Positions 1-13,094 of a stretch of 64,000 nt of DNA are shown here, piece after piece. The notes under the pieces are model-generated. The model saw only the letters and a list, made by a program, of their open reading frames with translations. It was not told the origin of the DNA and did no database searches. Origin of the DNA: Octopus vulgaris (taxonomy: Eukaryota); assembly GCA_951406725.2 (NCBI GenBank), contig OX597815.1:127844001-127908000 (forward strand), given 5' to 3'. Within the stretch, counting starts at the first letter, position 1; each line of letters starts with the position of its first letter. The position numbers and the translations under genes were made by a program.

Positions 1-149
1 AGGCATATGATGTTAAAAGGCTAAAATGTATTACAACACTATATATAATATCAAGTATATTACGATACTATATATGATATAAAGTTTTAGAGGAGTCCAT
101 AATATGAGGTAAGGCTAAATAAGAATCCTATAGTTTGATTATTTTTTTA

Positions 150-880
150 AAATTTAAATGGTGAAATATATTTGTGTCTACAGGTAATTATAACATCAGA
201 TATCTTATTAGGTAAACTACTTTAATTGACTTGGATTATGTGGATCACCTCCTTCGTGCATAAATCGCAATTCTTTGTGTGTGCATTATATGGTGTGGCT
301 TCCCTTATTATAGACCAAGTCAGACTGAATTCTTTGTTGATCATTTTTAATCTATTGATGTAGGTTGCTAGTGTAGTCGAGGTTTTTGTTTTGTAGTTAG
401 TGAAAAAGCTTATATGCACCGTATATCTACTTTTAAAGTCAATTATACTACCTATGTAAATCTTTTTAGGTTCATTTAGGGTTGAGACTTTGACTTTATA
501 TACGGTATTTTTCCTTAAACAGAAGCCTTTAAGGGGACAAAATCCCCTATTATGACAATTACATGTTTTTATTTTGTTTCCGGGTTAAGTCTTGCTATCT
601 TTAATATCCAAGCCCTTATTATTGTTCTTCATGTTAGGATCAACTAGATTATCTCTAATGGTTTCATTATTTCTAAGTTTAAGTCTGTTATTGGCTGTGA
701 TGATAGATCCAAGACTGGGAGTGGTAGAATAGGATAACTTAAGACACGATCTATTAAATATAGAATGGTATTTATGACCAGGTGGGAAGTTCCTATCAAT
801 AATGCTAAAAAATAACTTAGGGAGGTTTCTTACCTGGAGGGAGAAGGTGGGGTGTAAACCGTACAATTTCCTGTTTCCTC
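150..880 (-). mobile_element. Penelope-like element fragment (Naiad-type C-terminal region with GIY-YIG endonuclease), decayed
   Basis: Minus-strand frames give IFNRSCLKLSYSTTPSLGSIITANN, CNCHNRGFCPLKGFCL, YIGS..FKSRY..H, WSIIREATPY..CDLCTKE; broken by stops. Confidence 0.75.
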
Positions 881-939
881 CCAGAATAGTTCCTATTCTG
901 CCCTGTATTGTTATTGCTATACTTGAAAAACCTATAGTG

Positions 940-1127
940 TCTTACGGTGGCACGTAAAAGCACCCACTACACTCACGGAGTGGTTTGTGTTAGGAAGGGC
1001 ATCCAGCTGTAGAAACACTGCCAGATCAGACTGGAGCCTGGTGCAGCCTCCTGGCTTCCCAGGCCTCAGTCGAACCGTCCAACCCATGCTAGCATGGAAA
1101 ACGGACGTTAAACGATGATGATGATGA
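940..1127 (+). mobile_element. RTE LINE 3' UTR/tail fragment
   Basis: ggcacgtaaaagcaccc...ttaggaagggcatccagc...gacgttaaac(gat)n, the same terminus as the RTE copies at 8529 and 61763. Confidence 0.85.
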
Positions 1128-1141
1128 TATATATATTCTTC

Positions 1142-1242
<101 letters not shown>

Positions 1243-1260
1243 ATATACATATGTATATAT

Positions 1261-1965
1261 GAGGGAACCTGTGGTAGAGGTAGACCTAGGAAGACATGGG
1301 ATGAGGTGGTGAAGCAAAATCTTCAAACTTTGAACCTCACAGAGGCAATGACTAGTGACCGAGACCTTTGGCAATGTGCTCAGTTCAAAAGGACCCATCA
1401 AGCTAAGTACACCCATGCTGGTGGCATGTAAAATAAAAATCAACCTTTGAACATTGGGCCTCATGGCGGCAAAGTGGCTGAGTATCTTTCAACTGTTAGG
1501 CCTGACAGTGACAAATTGTCTGAGTTCCTTTGGAGTATTAGGCCTCACAGAGGTGAAGTGGTTGAGTGACTTATGAGCAGACCTCATGAAGGCAAGGTAG
1601 CTGAGTTCCTTTTGAGCATTGGGCCTCATGGAGGCAAAGTGGCTCAGCTCCTTTCAAGCGTTGGGCCTCACAGAGGCAATGACCAAGACCTTTGGCCTCA
1701 TGTTGTGTTTGAGAAGATGACCCATCAAGCCGAGCAAAATCTCAGTTGTGACAAATACCAGTGTCCTGCAAAAGTCACCAATGCCGATGGCATGTAAAAG
1801 CATCTATTTCAAAATGGTTGATGTTAGGAAGGGCATCCAGTAGTAGAAAACCATACCAAATCAGAATGGAGTCTGGCACAGGATCCCAGAATGCCAGCCC
1901 AGTCAAACCATCCAACATAGGCCAGCATGGACAATGGACGTTAAATGATGATGATGATGATGAGT
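1261..1965 (+). mobile_element. RTE LINE 3' fragment (ORF end plus UTR with internal ~45-bp repeats)
   Basis: [21 protein letters not shown] end, then UTR and (GAT)n tail. Confidence 0.8.
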
Positions 1966-1988
1966 TGTCATGCCAATTCCAAACTATA

Positions 1989-2020
<32 letters not shown>

Positions 2021-2039
2021 ATCACGCACACACACATAT

Positions 2040-2572
2040 ATGCATATGGATGAGGACAGCATCTTAAGCAGCCGATCTCTTATTGTGGAGGGAACCTGTG
2101 GAAGGGGTAGACTCAGGAAGACATGGAATAAAGTGGTGAGAAAGGATCTTCAGATGCTGGGCCTCACTGAGATGATGAAAGACCAGGACTTGTGGCAATT
2201 TGCTGTACTTGAGAAGACACATCAAGCTAGGTAAAATCGCAGCCATCCATAGACACAGGCATGTTGTTTATGGCCATGCCCCTACACACTCTTCCAGTTT
2301 GAGAGGTCTTTGTTTTGTGGGTGCCAGTGCCACGTAAAATTCACTTGTGCCAGTGTTGCATAAATGCACCTGTGCCAGTGGCATGCAAAAGGCACACAAC
2401 ACACACACTATAAATTAGTTGGCATTAGGAATTGACATCCAGCTGTAGAAACCATTCCAAAACAGACAACTGGAGCCTGGACAGCTCTCCAACTGGCCAG
2501 CTCACGTCAAACTGTCCAACCCATGCCAGCATGGAAAGTGGATATTAAATATTGATGATGATGATGATGATG
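2040..2572 (+). mobile_element. RTE LINE 3' fragment
   Basis: [25 protein letters not shown] end, UTR and (GAT)n tail. Confidence 0.8.
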
Positions 2573-2574
2573 GT

Positions 2575-2582
2575 ATGTGCGT

Positions 2583-2672
<90 letters not shown>

Positions 2673-2868
2673 GTGTGTTATTTCTGTTTGGATCAAGTTA
2701 TTTTCTAGCTACTTTGAGTTTTGCTTCACCTATTCATACACATGTACTTCAGACAGGTTACCCATAAACAAAACTCTGAGTACCAAGAGACTGAATTAAC
2801 AACAGTTAAAATATTAAGCTTTACTATGGTATTGAGTACTCTTTTTTTCCAACAGTCAAGACTAAACT

Positions 2869-2931
<63 letters not shown>
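2575..2931. repeat. (GT)n tract (2575-2678) and (GATA)n/(GA)n tract (2868-2931)
   Basis: Direct reading. Confidence 0.95.
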
Positions 2932-2932
<1 letters not shown>

Positions 2933-3652
2933 AGGGGAGATTTATAATTGTACAACTACCTAATATATCTATATATGTGTGTATGCATGTGTATCTACAT
3001 GTGAGCAGACCCAGATTTATATATGTATGTGTTGCCATTGTATGTAAAAATTCACACATTAAAATACAAGCTACACATAACAACACATAGTACTGTGTAT
3101 AAAAGAAAAAAGTCTGTGATATCATTCTTAAACAGAGCTTACCTTATTACAAGATCCATTTAAAATTTCATGATGTAAGAGGTAAAACTTCATAAGTTAA
3201 AATGGCAAATGCTTTTTAAACTTTAGAAATTTGTTCACCTTTGCTTATTATACACTCAGAGATTAGTGAACCAACAATTTAATCATGAGATAACAACTGT
3301 TTACACTATCATGTATTTATTTTTGTAACACTGTCAATCTATTATATCTATAACAGTGAAGCTAATACAGAGAACATAAAATTGTAGCTGACCTGATAAG
3401 AAAAACGACTATAATTTATTTTTACTTTGGATTTAGTTTGTAAGATTCTTGATGTGGCATTGTGTGTTGAAACATGTTATGCTGTATCTCAGGAGGGTCA
3501 TGGTGCCAATAATAAGCACTCTTTGTATTTCACTTCTTTATTTATATTCATCAATTGGCTAACTGTTTCACCAGTTCACTAATCAATATCAAAGACCACT
3601 TCTTCCTTCACAAAATTTCTGGCCTTTAGACAGAAGACAGTTCTTATGGTTC

Positions 3653-3655
<3 letters not shown>

Positions 3656-3684
<29 letters not shown>

Positions 3685-3911
3685 CATACATACATACATA
3701 CATACATACATACATACATACGTACGTATGCACATACATGCATGCATACATACATACATACATACATGCATACATACATACATACATACATACATACATA
3801 CATACATACATACATACATACATACATGTATACATACATACATACATACATACATACATACATACATACATACATACATACATACATACATACATACATA
3901 CACACACACAT
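3656..3911. repeat. (CATA)n microsatellite
   Basis: Direct reading. Confidence 0.98.
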
Positions 3912-4848
3912 AGCTGAGATGATAGTAACATTGATTATGAAAGCATTGATCATGGACCAATAGCCAGATTACTACCTCCCACTTTGAAGGGTATGCATTT
4001 GCAATCCAGGAACATGAAATATCAATGAAGTACCTGATGCACAAAAGGGATAGAATTGCAGGAAAAGCAATAAAATGTGAAAACTGATGCAGACTTTGTG
4101 TAGTTAACTCCAAAGATATCACCGTTATCATAAGCAGTTTACCCAAAATGTCATCATGATATTATCTACCAATGAGACATGATATTGTTGCTAGGATACT
4201 CTATACTGGAATCTGTTGGAAAGATAACCCAAGGACAAAGAAATAAGGACCTACAGTATGGTAGAAGCCATAGCCACTCATAATAAAAAGGGGTACTGGT
4301 GAAATGTCCCAGTGAAGACCTCAATAAAATGTAGGTATAACAGACCTGATATAATGATTTGGGATAGAGAAGAGAAACTGTGCACAGTTGTGGAAATTAG
4401 CTGCCCAGAAGATGTTAACATAAAGCTGAAGGTCAGTGTAAAAGAGAATACCTACATTAAACTATGGGGAAATCTGCAGTTACTCTATCCAGATTACAAG
4501 TTCAGGTCTATACCTGTAATTATTGGGGCCTCGATGTTAGGCTTCTCAAAACCAGAAAGGAGAAAGCTAATTCAAACACTACAGAACTGTAAAAATCTGT
4601 AAAACTTTCCAGAAGTTTATCATTTAAATATATATGTCTAGATATGCAGCTATAAGGATGAGAATAGATGTCTAGATATGCAGCTATAAGGATGAGAATA
4701 CATACATAAAGCAAGACATACATACATACATACATACAAAAATACCCTGTTGTTGATGTTGAAATTTCAATGAAAGAGCCTCGAATCTAGGTTAGAAACA
4801 GGCTCATTCTCTATTGGTGAGAAATCTTGAAATAAAACTGAAGAACAT
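3912..4848 (+). mobile_element. R4-like non-LTR retrotransposon, 5'-truncated (RLE endonuclease region and 3' UTR)
   Basis: EGYAFAIQE, CRLC, RHDIVAR, NRPDIMIWDREEKLCTVVEISCP (PD..E restriction-like endonuclease); 3' UTR shared with copies at 35115 and 56723. Confidence 0.8.
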
Positions 4849-4990
4849 CAAGGTCAATAAACCCCAGAAGAACCATCATACTCCCAAGTCTGGCATGTGC
4901 TTCCTAAAGCTACCACACTTTGACGACAGAACTACTGCAGCGATACAACATACAGTCCTCAGGGAAGGACCCGACATACAGATAGTGATA
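4849..4990 (+). mobile_element. Short Penelope-like element fragment
   Basis: FLKLPHFDDRTTAAIQHTVLREG resembles the PLE post-RT linker. Confidence 0.4.
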
Positions 4991-5101
4991 GGTGATATAA
5001 AAAACTTAGTTCAATTAAAAAAAATACACTGTTCACTATTCACTCACCACTGCCACCTCCTCCATCACCATCATGATCTCTCTTTCCCTCTCTCTCTTTC
5101 A

Positions 5102-5168
<67 letters not shown>

Positions 5169-5645
5169 TAATTTCACCATCAGAGCATCAACCCTATGCT
5201 AAAATTATATTGTTAACTCTCTTCCTCTATATGACTACCGTCAACTAACATTTTGAACCATGTAATAAATATTACATTCTCCCCTACCTCATGTCATGGG
5301 CGCTTCTCTCTCCCTTTTCTCTCTTCATCTTTTACTTTCTCTCTCTTTTTCTTTTTTCCTCTTTCTATCTCACTGGTTGCCTTATCCTCTTTTTCTCTCT
5401 CATTTCTTTTTCTCCCTCTTGTACTCTCTTTCCATTCAACTAATCTGTTATGGGGATAATAGTAATAATGGAACGCTCCTCCCACGTGGTGAGTGGTATG
5501 TTACTGTTGTTACAAATGCAGTGACGTTGAGCAGTTATGATAGTCAATCATAGATAGTCATGTCTAACTTGTCTAACTAACTATACTGCTAAACCAGAGA
5601 GGACATTATAACAGTCTAATATTGGATTACAACAGTGCCAACGAA

Positions 5646-5740
5646 GAATTAACAAACTCACAAGGAATTAACAAACTCATGAGGAATTAACAAATTCACA
5701 TGGAGTTAACAAACTCACGAGGATTAAACAAACTCACAAA
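5646..5740 (+). repeat. Five ~19-bp tandem units (gaattaacaaactcacnng) in the Gypsy leader
   Basis: Direct reading; contiguous units with no spacers. Confidence 0.85.
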
Positions 5741-6812
5741 AGTTTTTTGTGCAAATTTTATGGTATACAAATCGTAAAATTATAGAAGAATTGTTGGCTG
5801 GTTTGCTCAAGTTGCAAAAACAGTAACAACAACAATGATTACTATTACATCAACAAATGCTACAATTAATAAATAGCAAGTCATCCAAAATTGCTGTAAA
5901 GATGTTTTTGCCAGATTATGTTGCAAACTCATCAATGGAATTTAGGTATGAACCAGACAGAGTTACCTTAGAAGTAAACTATAGAAGATACAAACAGATC
6001 ATCAATAAAGAGTGCAAAGATTGGGATGATATGAAAACACGTCTAATCCTATGAAAAGTGACAGCAGGAATGTTACAGCAATTACATACTCCCCAAAAAA
6101 ACCTTCTGACATAAATTTTAAAATACAACAGATGTATGGTGTAAAATTTTTAATGAGAATCGTTGTTCAATACATGTTGGAAATGTTTGAACCTAGAAAA
6201 GAACAACACGGAGGACTACACCACATATGCCGGCAGATTTAACAGAGAATGTGAAAAGTTCAAACCAGACGAGTTAATGCCTGATATGTTCAAGTGATGT
6301 GCTCATGTGCCTCATATGTTCGAGTGCTCAGGGACTAACTGCAGAAAATACGCAGAAGTAAGAACAAGAATTCTTACTAAGCTGGAACAAAACCAAGCTG
6401 AACTTTACAACAAATGTCAGGAGTAGGTGAAATAATAGTAAATTTAAGAAATGACACAGAGAAAATTGAACATAAAGGTTGCTTCCATGTGAAATAAGTG
6501 CAGAATAGCAGAATAGAACCCAAGTGTGTACTAAAATACAGTACAGACAGGACAAAAGTCAGGAAACAAACCCATGCTTTGCATGTGGAGGCCTACACCC
6601 AAGAAAAAAACTGCCCATTTAAGAAAGTGGAATGTTTCCATTGTGGAAAATGTAAAAACCAAGAAGACAAAACGTTGGAACAAAGAAAAAACTATAAACA
6701 AGATGTCGTCAAAAGAAAATAGTTATATGACAAAAAGGAAATTCGTAAATATGAAAATTGAAAATATCAGAGTAAGGATGCAGTTAGATACTGGAAGTGG
6801 CATTACTATTGT

Positions 6813-7270
6813 GGGACCTTTTCGGTTTGAACGGCAGTTTTTTAAAATAATTTCCACGTAACTAAACACTTTTAAACTTCGTATACTGGTAGAATGTGTT
6901 TATAAAACATCTTTTTCTCTTGGCTTTATTGAGAAAATTCTATAGTTTGTAAGATATTTGTTGTTTTTCTTCAATTTCTGCAATTTCAACCAATCAATGA
7001 CATCTATTCAGGTGAAAACATTCTGTCCCGTATGAATATGTCCCTTGTTTAAGAAATAGATTGGGTTTATTTACATTTCTGAAGAAAAAAAGATACCCTT
7101 CCCCCCAACCCTAACCCTAACCCTAACCCTAACTAATCCTAACTGACCCTAACTAAGCCTAACCCTAAAACAGATTGAAATGCAATAGATCGATACTAGG
7201 GTCATAATTATGGGTGACAATTTCATATGATACCGCTAGAAAAAACTGCCGTTCAAACCAAAAAGATCCT
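6813..7270. mobile_element. MITE with ~31-bp TIRs, 6-bp TSD (TATTGT) and internal (TAACCC)n
   Basis: gggaccttttcggtttgaacggcagtttttt ... aaaaaactgccgttcaaaccaaaaagatcct. TATTGT at 6807-6812 and 7271-7276. Removing the element restores the Gypsy protease reading DTGSGITIVNEEYW. Confidence 0.9.
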
Positions 7271-8528
7271 TATTGTGAATGAAGAATATTGGAAGTATAC
7301 TGGTAAGCCAAAATTATGCAAATCTACAAAAGTAACATGATGTTATGGGTAAAAGATTATATTTTGTAAGTGAATTTGTGTGTAATGTGACATTTTGTGA
7401 CCAAATGAAAATGACAAAAGTTGATCTACTTGACATAGAGTGGATAGGACTGTTCAAATTGTGGAATATGCCCATAAGTGTTTTGCGTGGGAATATAGCT
7501 GGTTCAGTTGAAGGTTCAAATGTGGCTGAGGGATTGAGATAAAACAAAAATCTTTATTTCCAGATGTTTTTTCAGATGACTTGGGCTGCTGCACAAAAAT
7601 GAAGGCAAAAATTGTAATAAAACAAAGTGCAACACCTTTCTTTAAGCCAAAATGTAATGTACTGTTCACGGTGTTAGAACAGGTAAATAAGGGACTTGAA
7701 AGATTTGAAAGCCTAGGAATAACCAAGAAGACTCAGAAGTTAGACTTCTTGGGGGCATACTTACAAATCCAAGTAGAAGAAGAATTTTCACACTTATTAA
7801 CCATTAATACACACCGTGGCTTATTTAAATTTAAATAGCTTCCCTTCATTGTAAAAGTGGCCCCTTCTATATCTCAACAAGTAAAGGATACAATGCTGCT
7901 TGATAGTAATATTGCTATCGCCTACTTAGATAATATCCTAATAAAAAGTGAATTACTTGAACAACACATACAACACGTAAAGAGGATATTCGTAAAGATA
8001 AAGGAATGAGATTTTAAGTTAAGTGAAGATGTGCAAGTACTTTCTGAACGATAAATAAATACTTGTGCCAGATAATAGATAAAAATGGATGGAAACTGGC
8101 TCCATCTAGAGCATCTATGATAAAAAAGAATATGCCCACACCAAATCATGTGACTATGCTACAAGTATTTTTAAGTTTAGTAAATTACTACTAAATTCAT
8201 ATTCCCAATATACACAATGTAAAGGCTCTGTTCAAAGATTTGTCAAAGAAAAGGGCTCTGATGCCGCAGTCAATGCACATAATTGCATACATACATACCG
8301 GCAGCAACCATAAACATTTACTGTAAGTATCAGAGCACTTTAGCTCTTATTTCTAGCACTGTAGGTGTTCTAACAGTCACTGTTATATCTAACTAGCAGT
8401 GTAACCCAGCCTTGCCCAGGATTAAGTTACGATTATTAAGCTAATCAAGTTCTTTATTTCAAACCAAACTAAGTAATATAGACGTCAAATTTGGGCGAAA
8501 TCTCTTGAAATTAGTTATATTATATATA

Positions 8529-10812
8529 TCATCATCATCATCATCATCATTTAGCGTCCACTTTCCATGCTAGCATGGGTTGGACGGTTCAACTGGGGTC
8601 TGTGAAGCTGGAAGGCTTCGTCAGGCCCAGTCAGATCTGGCAGTGTTTCTACGGCTGGATGCCCTTCCTAACGCCAACCACTCCGTGAGTGTAGTGGGTG
8701 TTTTTTACGTGCCACCTGCACAGGTGTCAGACAGAGCTGGCAAACGGCCACGAACGGATGGTGCTTTTACGTGTCACTGGCACGGGGCCAGGCGATGCTG
8801 GCAACGGACACGAACGGATGGTGCTTTTACGTGCCACCGACACGGGGCCAGACAGAGCTGGCAAACGGCCACGAACGGACGGTGCTTTTATGTGTCACCA
8901 GCACGGGGGCCAGCCGAGGCTGGCAATGGACACGAACGGATGGTACTTTTACGTGCCACCGACACGGGGCCAGACAGAGCTGGCAAACAGCCACGAACGG
9001 ACGGTGCTTTTACGTGTCACCGGCACGGGGGGCAGACGAGGCTGGCAGCGGACACAAACAGATGGTTCACTTAACCCCTGCTTTCTGATATATGATTTGA
9101 TTTTGATTGTTCTCACTGGTCTTGCCGGGTCTTCTGACGCACAGCATACTTCCATAGGTCTCGGTCTCTGGTCATTTCCTTGGTGAGACCTAGAGTTCGA
9201 AGGTCATGCCTCACCACCTCGACCCAGGTTTTCCTGGGTCTACCTCTTCCACAGGTCCCCTCAACTGCCAGGGCGTGGCACTATTTCACACACCTATCTT
9301 CATCCATTCTCACCACATGACCATACCAGCGAAATCGTCTCTCTTGCACACAACATCTGATGCCTCTTAGGTCCAACTTTTCTCTCAAGGTACTTACACT
9401 CTGTCGACTATGAACACTGACATTACACATCCAACGGAGCATACTAGCTTCATTTCTTGCGAGCTTACGCATGTCCTCAGCAGTCACAGCCCAAGTTTCA
9501 CTACCATGTAGCATGGCTGTACGTACACATGCATCATACAGTCTGCCTTTTACTCTGAGCGAGAGGCCTTTTGTCACCAGCAGGGGTAAGAGCTCTCTAA
9601 ACTTTGCCCAGGCTATTCTTACTCTAGCAGTTACACTTTCAGCACACCCACCCCCGCTACTGACTTGATCACCTAGGTAGCGGCAGCTATCAACTACTTC
9701 TAGTTTTTCTCCCTGAAACGTGATAGAAGTTGGTCTCTGCATATTTTCAGAGTTTATTGCTCCTGAGCATCTGCCACAGATAAAAACTATTTTCCTAGTT
9801 AGTCTTCCTTTGACATTGCTACATCTCTTATGTGTCCATAGCTTACATTTGGTGCATCTTATAGAGTTTCTACCTATGCCTTTTCTACAGATCGAGCAAG
9901 GCCATCTACCTGAAGGCGTTTGTGATTGGTTTACCTTCCTACTTATTAGGACTTTGGTTTTGGCTAGGTTGATTCTAAGGCCCTTCGATTCTAAACCTTG
10001 CTTCCACACCTGAAACTTCTCCTCCAGTTCTGATAGAGACTCAGCAATTAGAGCAAGGTCATCAGCATAGAGGAGCTCCCAGGGGCATCCAGTCTTGAAT
10101 TCCTCCGTTATTGCCTGGAGGACTATGATAAATAGGAGGGGACTGAGGACTGAACCTTGGTGGACCCCAACCTCTACCCTGAATTCTTCACTGTACTCGG
10201 TGCCAACCCTCACCTTACTAGCAGCGTCTCTGTACATGGCTTGTACAGCTCTCACTAACCATTCATCTATCCCTAGTTTCCTCATTGACCACCAGATAAG
10301 GGATCGGGGGACCCTGTCGAAGGCTTTCTCCATATCGACAAAAGCCAGGTATAGGAGCTTGTGTTTGGCTAGGTATTTCTCCTGCAGCTGTCTTACCAGG
10401 AAAATAGCATCAGTAGTACTTTTCCCTGGCACGAACCCAAACTGCATCTGATCTAAGCTCACTCTCTCTCTAATTTGTTGGGCTATAACCCTCTCCATAA
10501 CCTTCATTACCTGATCTAGCAGCTTGATACCCCTGTAGTTATTTGTATCTAGGGCGTCACCTTTACCTTTGTAGCAGTTGACTATTATGCTGCTACACCA
10601 GTCATTGGGAATGACTCCTTCATGTATCACCTGGTTAACTATACAGGTGACTTGGCTATAGCCAGCACTACCAGATATTTTGAGCATCTCTGCAGTAATT
10701 CCTGATGGGCCTGGGGCTTTCCCTGTTTTCATGCTTGTAATTGCCTTATCTACTAAGGAACTGTCAACTCGGATTGCTGGTCCCTCTTTTGGGTCAACAT
10801 TCGGCAGACTCT
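8529..10812 (-). mobile_element. Young 5'-truncated RTE-clade LINE
   Basis: Long open RT frame, 3' UTR with ~60-bp tandem units and (GAT)n tail at 8529-8550. Possible low-complexity TSD tatattatatata at 8516-8528 and 10818-10830. Confidence 0.95.
9281..10812 (-). pseudogene. RTE reverse transcriptase ORF (N-terminally truncated, premature stop near the C-terminus) with internal PHD finger
   Basis: KAPGPSGI, NYRGIKLL, QFGFVPGKST, FVDMEKAFDRV, GVHQGSVLSP, LLYADD, CSIC..CTKC..HKRC..CGRC, RYLG. The stop after RCVK interrupts the KKC..VEG end seen in other copies. Confidence 0.9.
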
Positions 10813-11704
10813 CTTTATATATTATATATAATATAATACAAATATATATGGGCAACAGACACAAACACACATACACACACATACGTACATACACCTATTG
10901 CATGTTTTGTCCACGCATACATGTTCATAAACAGAAATGAATGGAAAAAATGTTGTTAAATTTGTAGATTAACACTCGCACAATTTTCACTAAGAAAAAA
11001 AATCATTTTTTTTTTGCGTGGAATCAACTACTCTGGCCTCAAAACCCTTTTTGTGGTCCGTGAAACGGAGTGGGGTGGGTGGAAGCGTCGCAAATTGTAC
11101 CCATTTATATTGTGTAATTCACTGACAAATTGTTACTCACCTCTTTGTTTCTTTGTTGTTGAATAAATGGATTGTCAAAAAAACACTTTTTTACTCGCCG
11201 TAAAATAAAAACAAAACTCTTTCGCACCCAAAGCAATGTGTGTGAGAGAGAGAGGAGGGAGAAAGATGAACGATTTGAAATAAATAAATGATTTTAAATA
11301 AATATATTGTAATTGTTGTGTGAGAAAGTATATATACTATGATTATAAGATATAGTGTGTCTTTCAAAAACAAAAAATCAAAACATTTTACATTTTATTT
11401 TTATGAACGTAGTCACTTACTCTCTCTCTCTCTCCCTCCCCCTCTCACTTCGTCTTTCCCATGAAACTCTCTGCCTCCTTCTTCCACTTTTCTTTATCTT
11501 ATTTTTTTTGTTAGACGCCATCAAAAAAGCTATGGCTGATATTTATTATGGCTAAAAGTTATGGTTGAAAATAGATTTTTACCCTATCTGTGGGTGCCTC
11601 GGGAAAAAATATGTTGACAAAACCCAGATAGGATGTTGACGAATGTCCTCCTAAAATTTGAGCGACATTTGTGCTAATTTGTGGACGTGCATAAATTACA
11701 ATCA

Positions 11705-11738
<34 letters not shown>

Positions 11739-11859
11739 CACACATCATGCCTTTTATAGGTATGATGACAATTATAACTTTCTTTTTTGGTCACATATTG
11801 CTAAACTGCTGCCTAATTTAATTACACACACACACAAACACACACATGTATATATATAT

Positions 11860-12012
11860 GATGGGCCTCTTTCATTTTCCATCTACCAAATCCACTCACA
11901 AGGCTTTGGTTGACTTGAGACTATAGTAGAAGACACTTGCCTGAGGTGATATGCAGTGGGATTGAACCCAGAACCATGTGGTTGTGAAGCAAGCTTCTTA
12001 CCACACAACCAC
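11860..12012 (-). mobile_element. tRNA-derived SINE
   Basis: Minus strand tggttgtgtggtaagaagc...gggttcaatccc (A/B boxes) and ggcaagtgtcttctactatag core; same family as 28345-28592. Confidence 0.75.
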
Positions 12013-12729
12013 TATATAAGCTTTGACAAAAAATATTTTTTCACAAGGTGAATTCTAGTAAAAGATATTAAAAGAAGTAAAACGCACAGAAACTTTATTT
12101 TATACAATATATATTTATGAACAAAATATTTACATAGTTGGCAAAACGGACCAATAGAATATGTACCAGGTTTAAATAAAAGAAAAGTATGTACTAGGGT
12201 CAATTCCTTCGACAGTTCTACAAGGTGATGCCTCAGTATGACCACAGTCTGATGATTGAAACAAGTAAGAGATAGAAAAAAAGATAGATGACTAATCACA
12301 ACTAAGAAATTAGTGATAATGTTACCATTTCATGCCATCACAAGAAGCTTCCTTTCTATGCTTGTAAATGAATCAGGAGGCAAATAGATTTTAGGGGAGG
12401 TAATTAATGATTGTTATCATTTGAAGCTGGGGAGTTAATTACCCCACTTTGTTTTCTAATGGTGAATTGATTATATTTGGATTGAAACGATACAATATAT
12501 GTATGTATGTGTGTGTTTGTGTGTCTGTGCTTGTCTCCCCACCATCACTTGACAACCGCAACTTAGCGGTTCAGCAGAAGAGGCTGATAGAATAAGTACT
12601 AGGCTTGCAAAGAATATGTCCTGGGATTGATTTATTTGACTAAAGATGGTGCTCCAACATGGCCAAAGTCAAATGACTGAAACAAGTAAAGGAATAAAAG
12701 AATACAGTTATATATTTAAGAGATGAGGA

Positions 12730-12881
12730 ATTATGTACCTTATTTACATTTGACAGATATTTGTCCACATCTTCTTTGTTGTTAACACAATGTTTTGGCT
12801 GACATACCCTTCAGCACTCATCAGGTGTCTTGGGGAAATTTCAAACCTGGGTTTTCATTCCTAAGGTATTTTCGATGTTAA

Positions 12882-12913
<32 letters not shown>

Positions 12914-13044
12914 TCACTGCCTGGAATTGAACTCGGAATCTTGGGGTTAGTAGCCCATGCTCTTAACCACTATGGGCATATGGTGTAGTAGTTAAGAACG
13001 CTGGCTACTAACCCCAAGAATCCGAGTTCAATTCCAGGCAGTGA

Positions 13045-13094
<50 letters not shown>

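Larger units (their letters stand above)
5446..8250 (+). mobile_element. Decayed Ty3/Gypsy (Mag-like) LTR retrotransposon, 3'-truncated
   Basis: 5' LTR TG..CA at 5446-5634, then PBS-like gtgccaacgaag; CFHCGK knuckle remnant; protease MQLDTGSGITI; RT motifs FPDVF..LGCC, KLD..AYLQI, INTHRGLF, AYLDNILI. Many stops and frameshifts. Confidence 0.85.
8392..11767 (+). mobile_element. Helentron/DINE-1-like non-autonomous element, split by the RTE insertion
   Basis: Starts actagcagtgtaacccagccttgcccagg; ends aaatttgagcg...(CA)n...ccttttataggtatgat, the usual layout of these elements. Confidence 0.5.

Noticed and set aside
5646-5740. Mini-CRISPR or iteron array
   Set aside because: Contiguous 19-bp units without spacers in an LTR-element leader of a eukaryote.
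7106-7167. True telomere or chromosome fusion site
   Set aside because: Short, degenerate tract inside a TIR element with a TSD.
12974-13046. Functional tRNA genes (also ~23661-23735)
   Set aside because: A/B boxes are present but acceptor stems are poor and the heads run into repeat bodies, so these are SINE heads.
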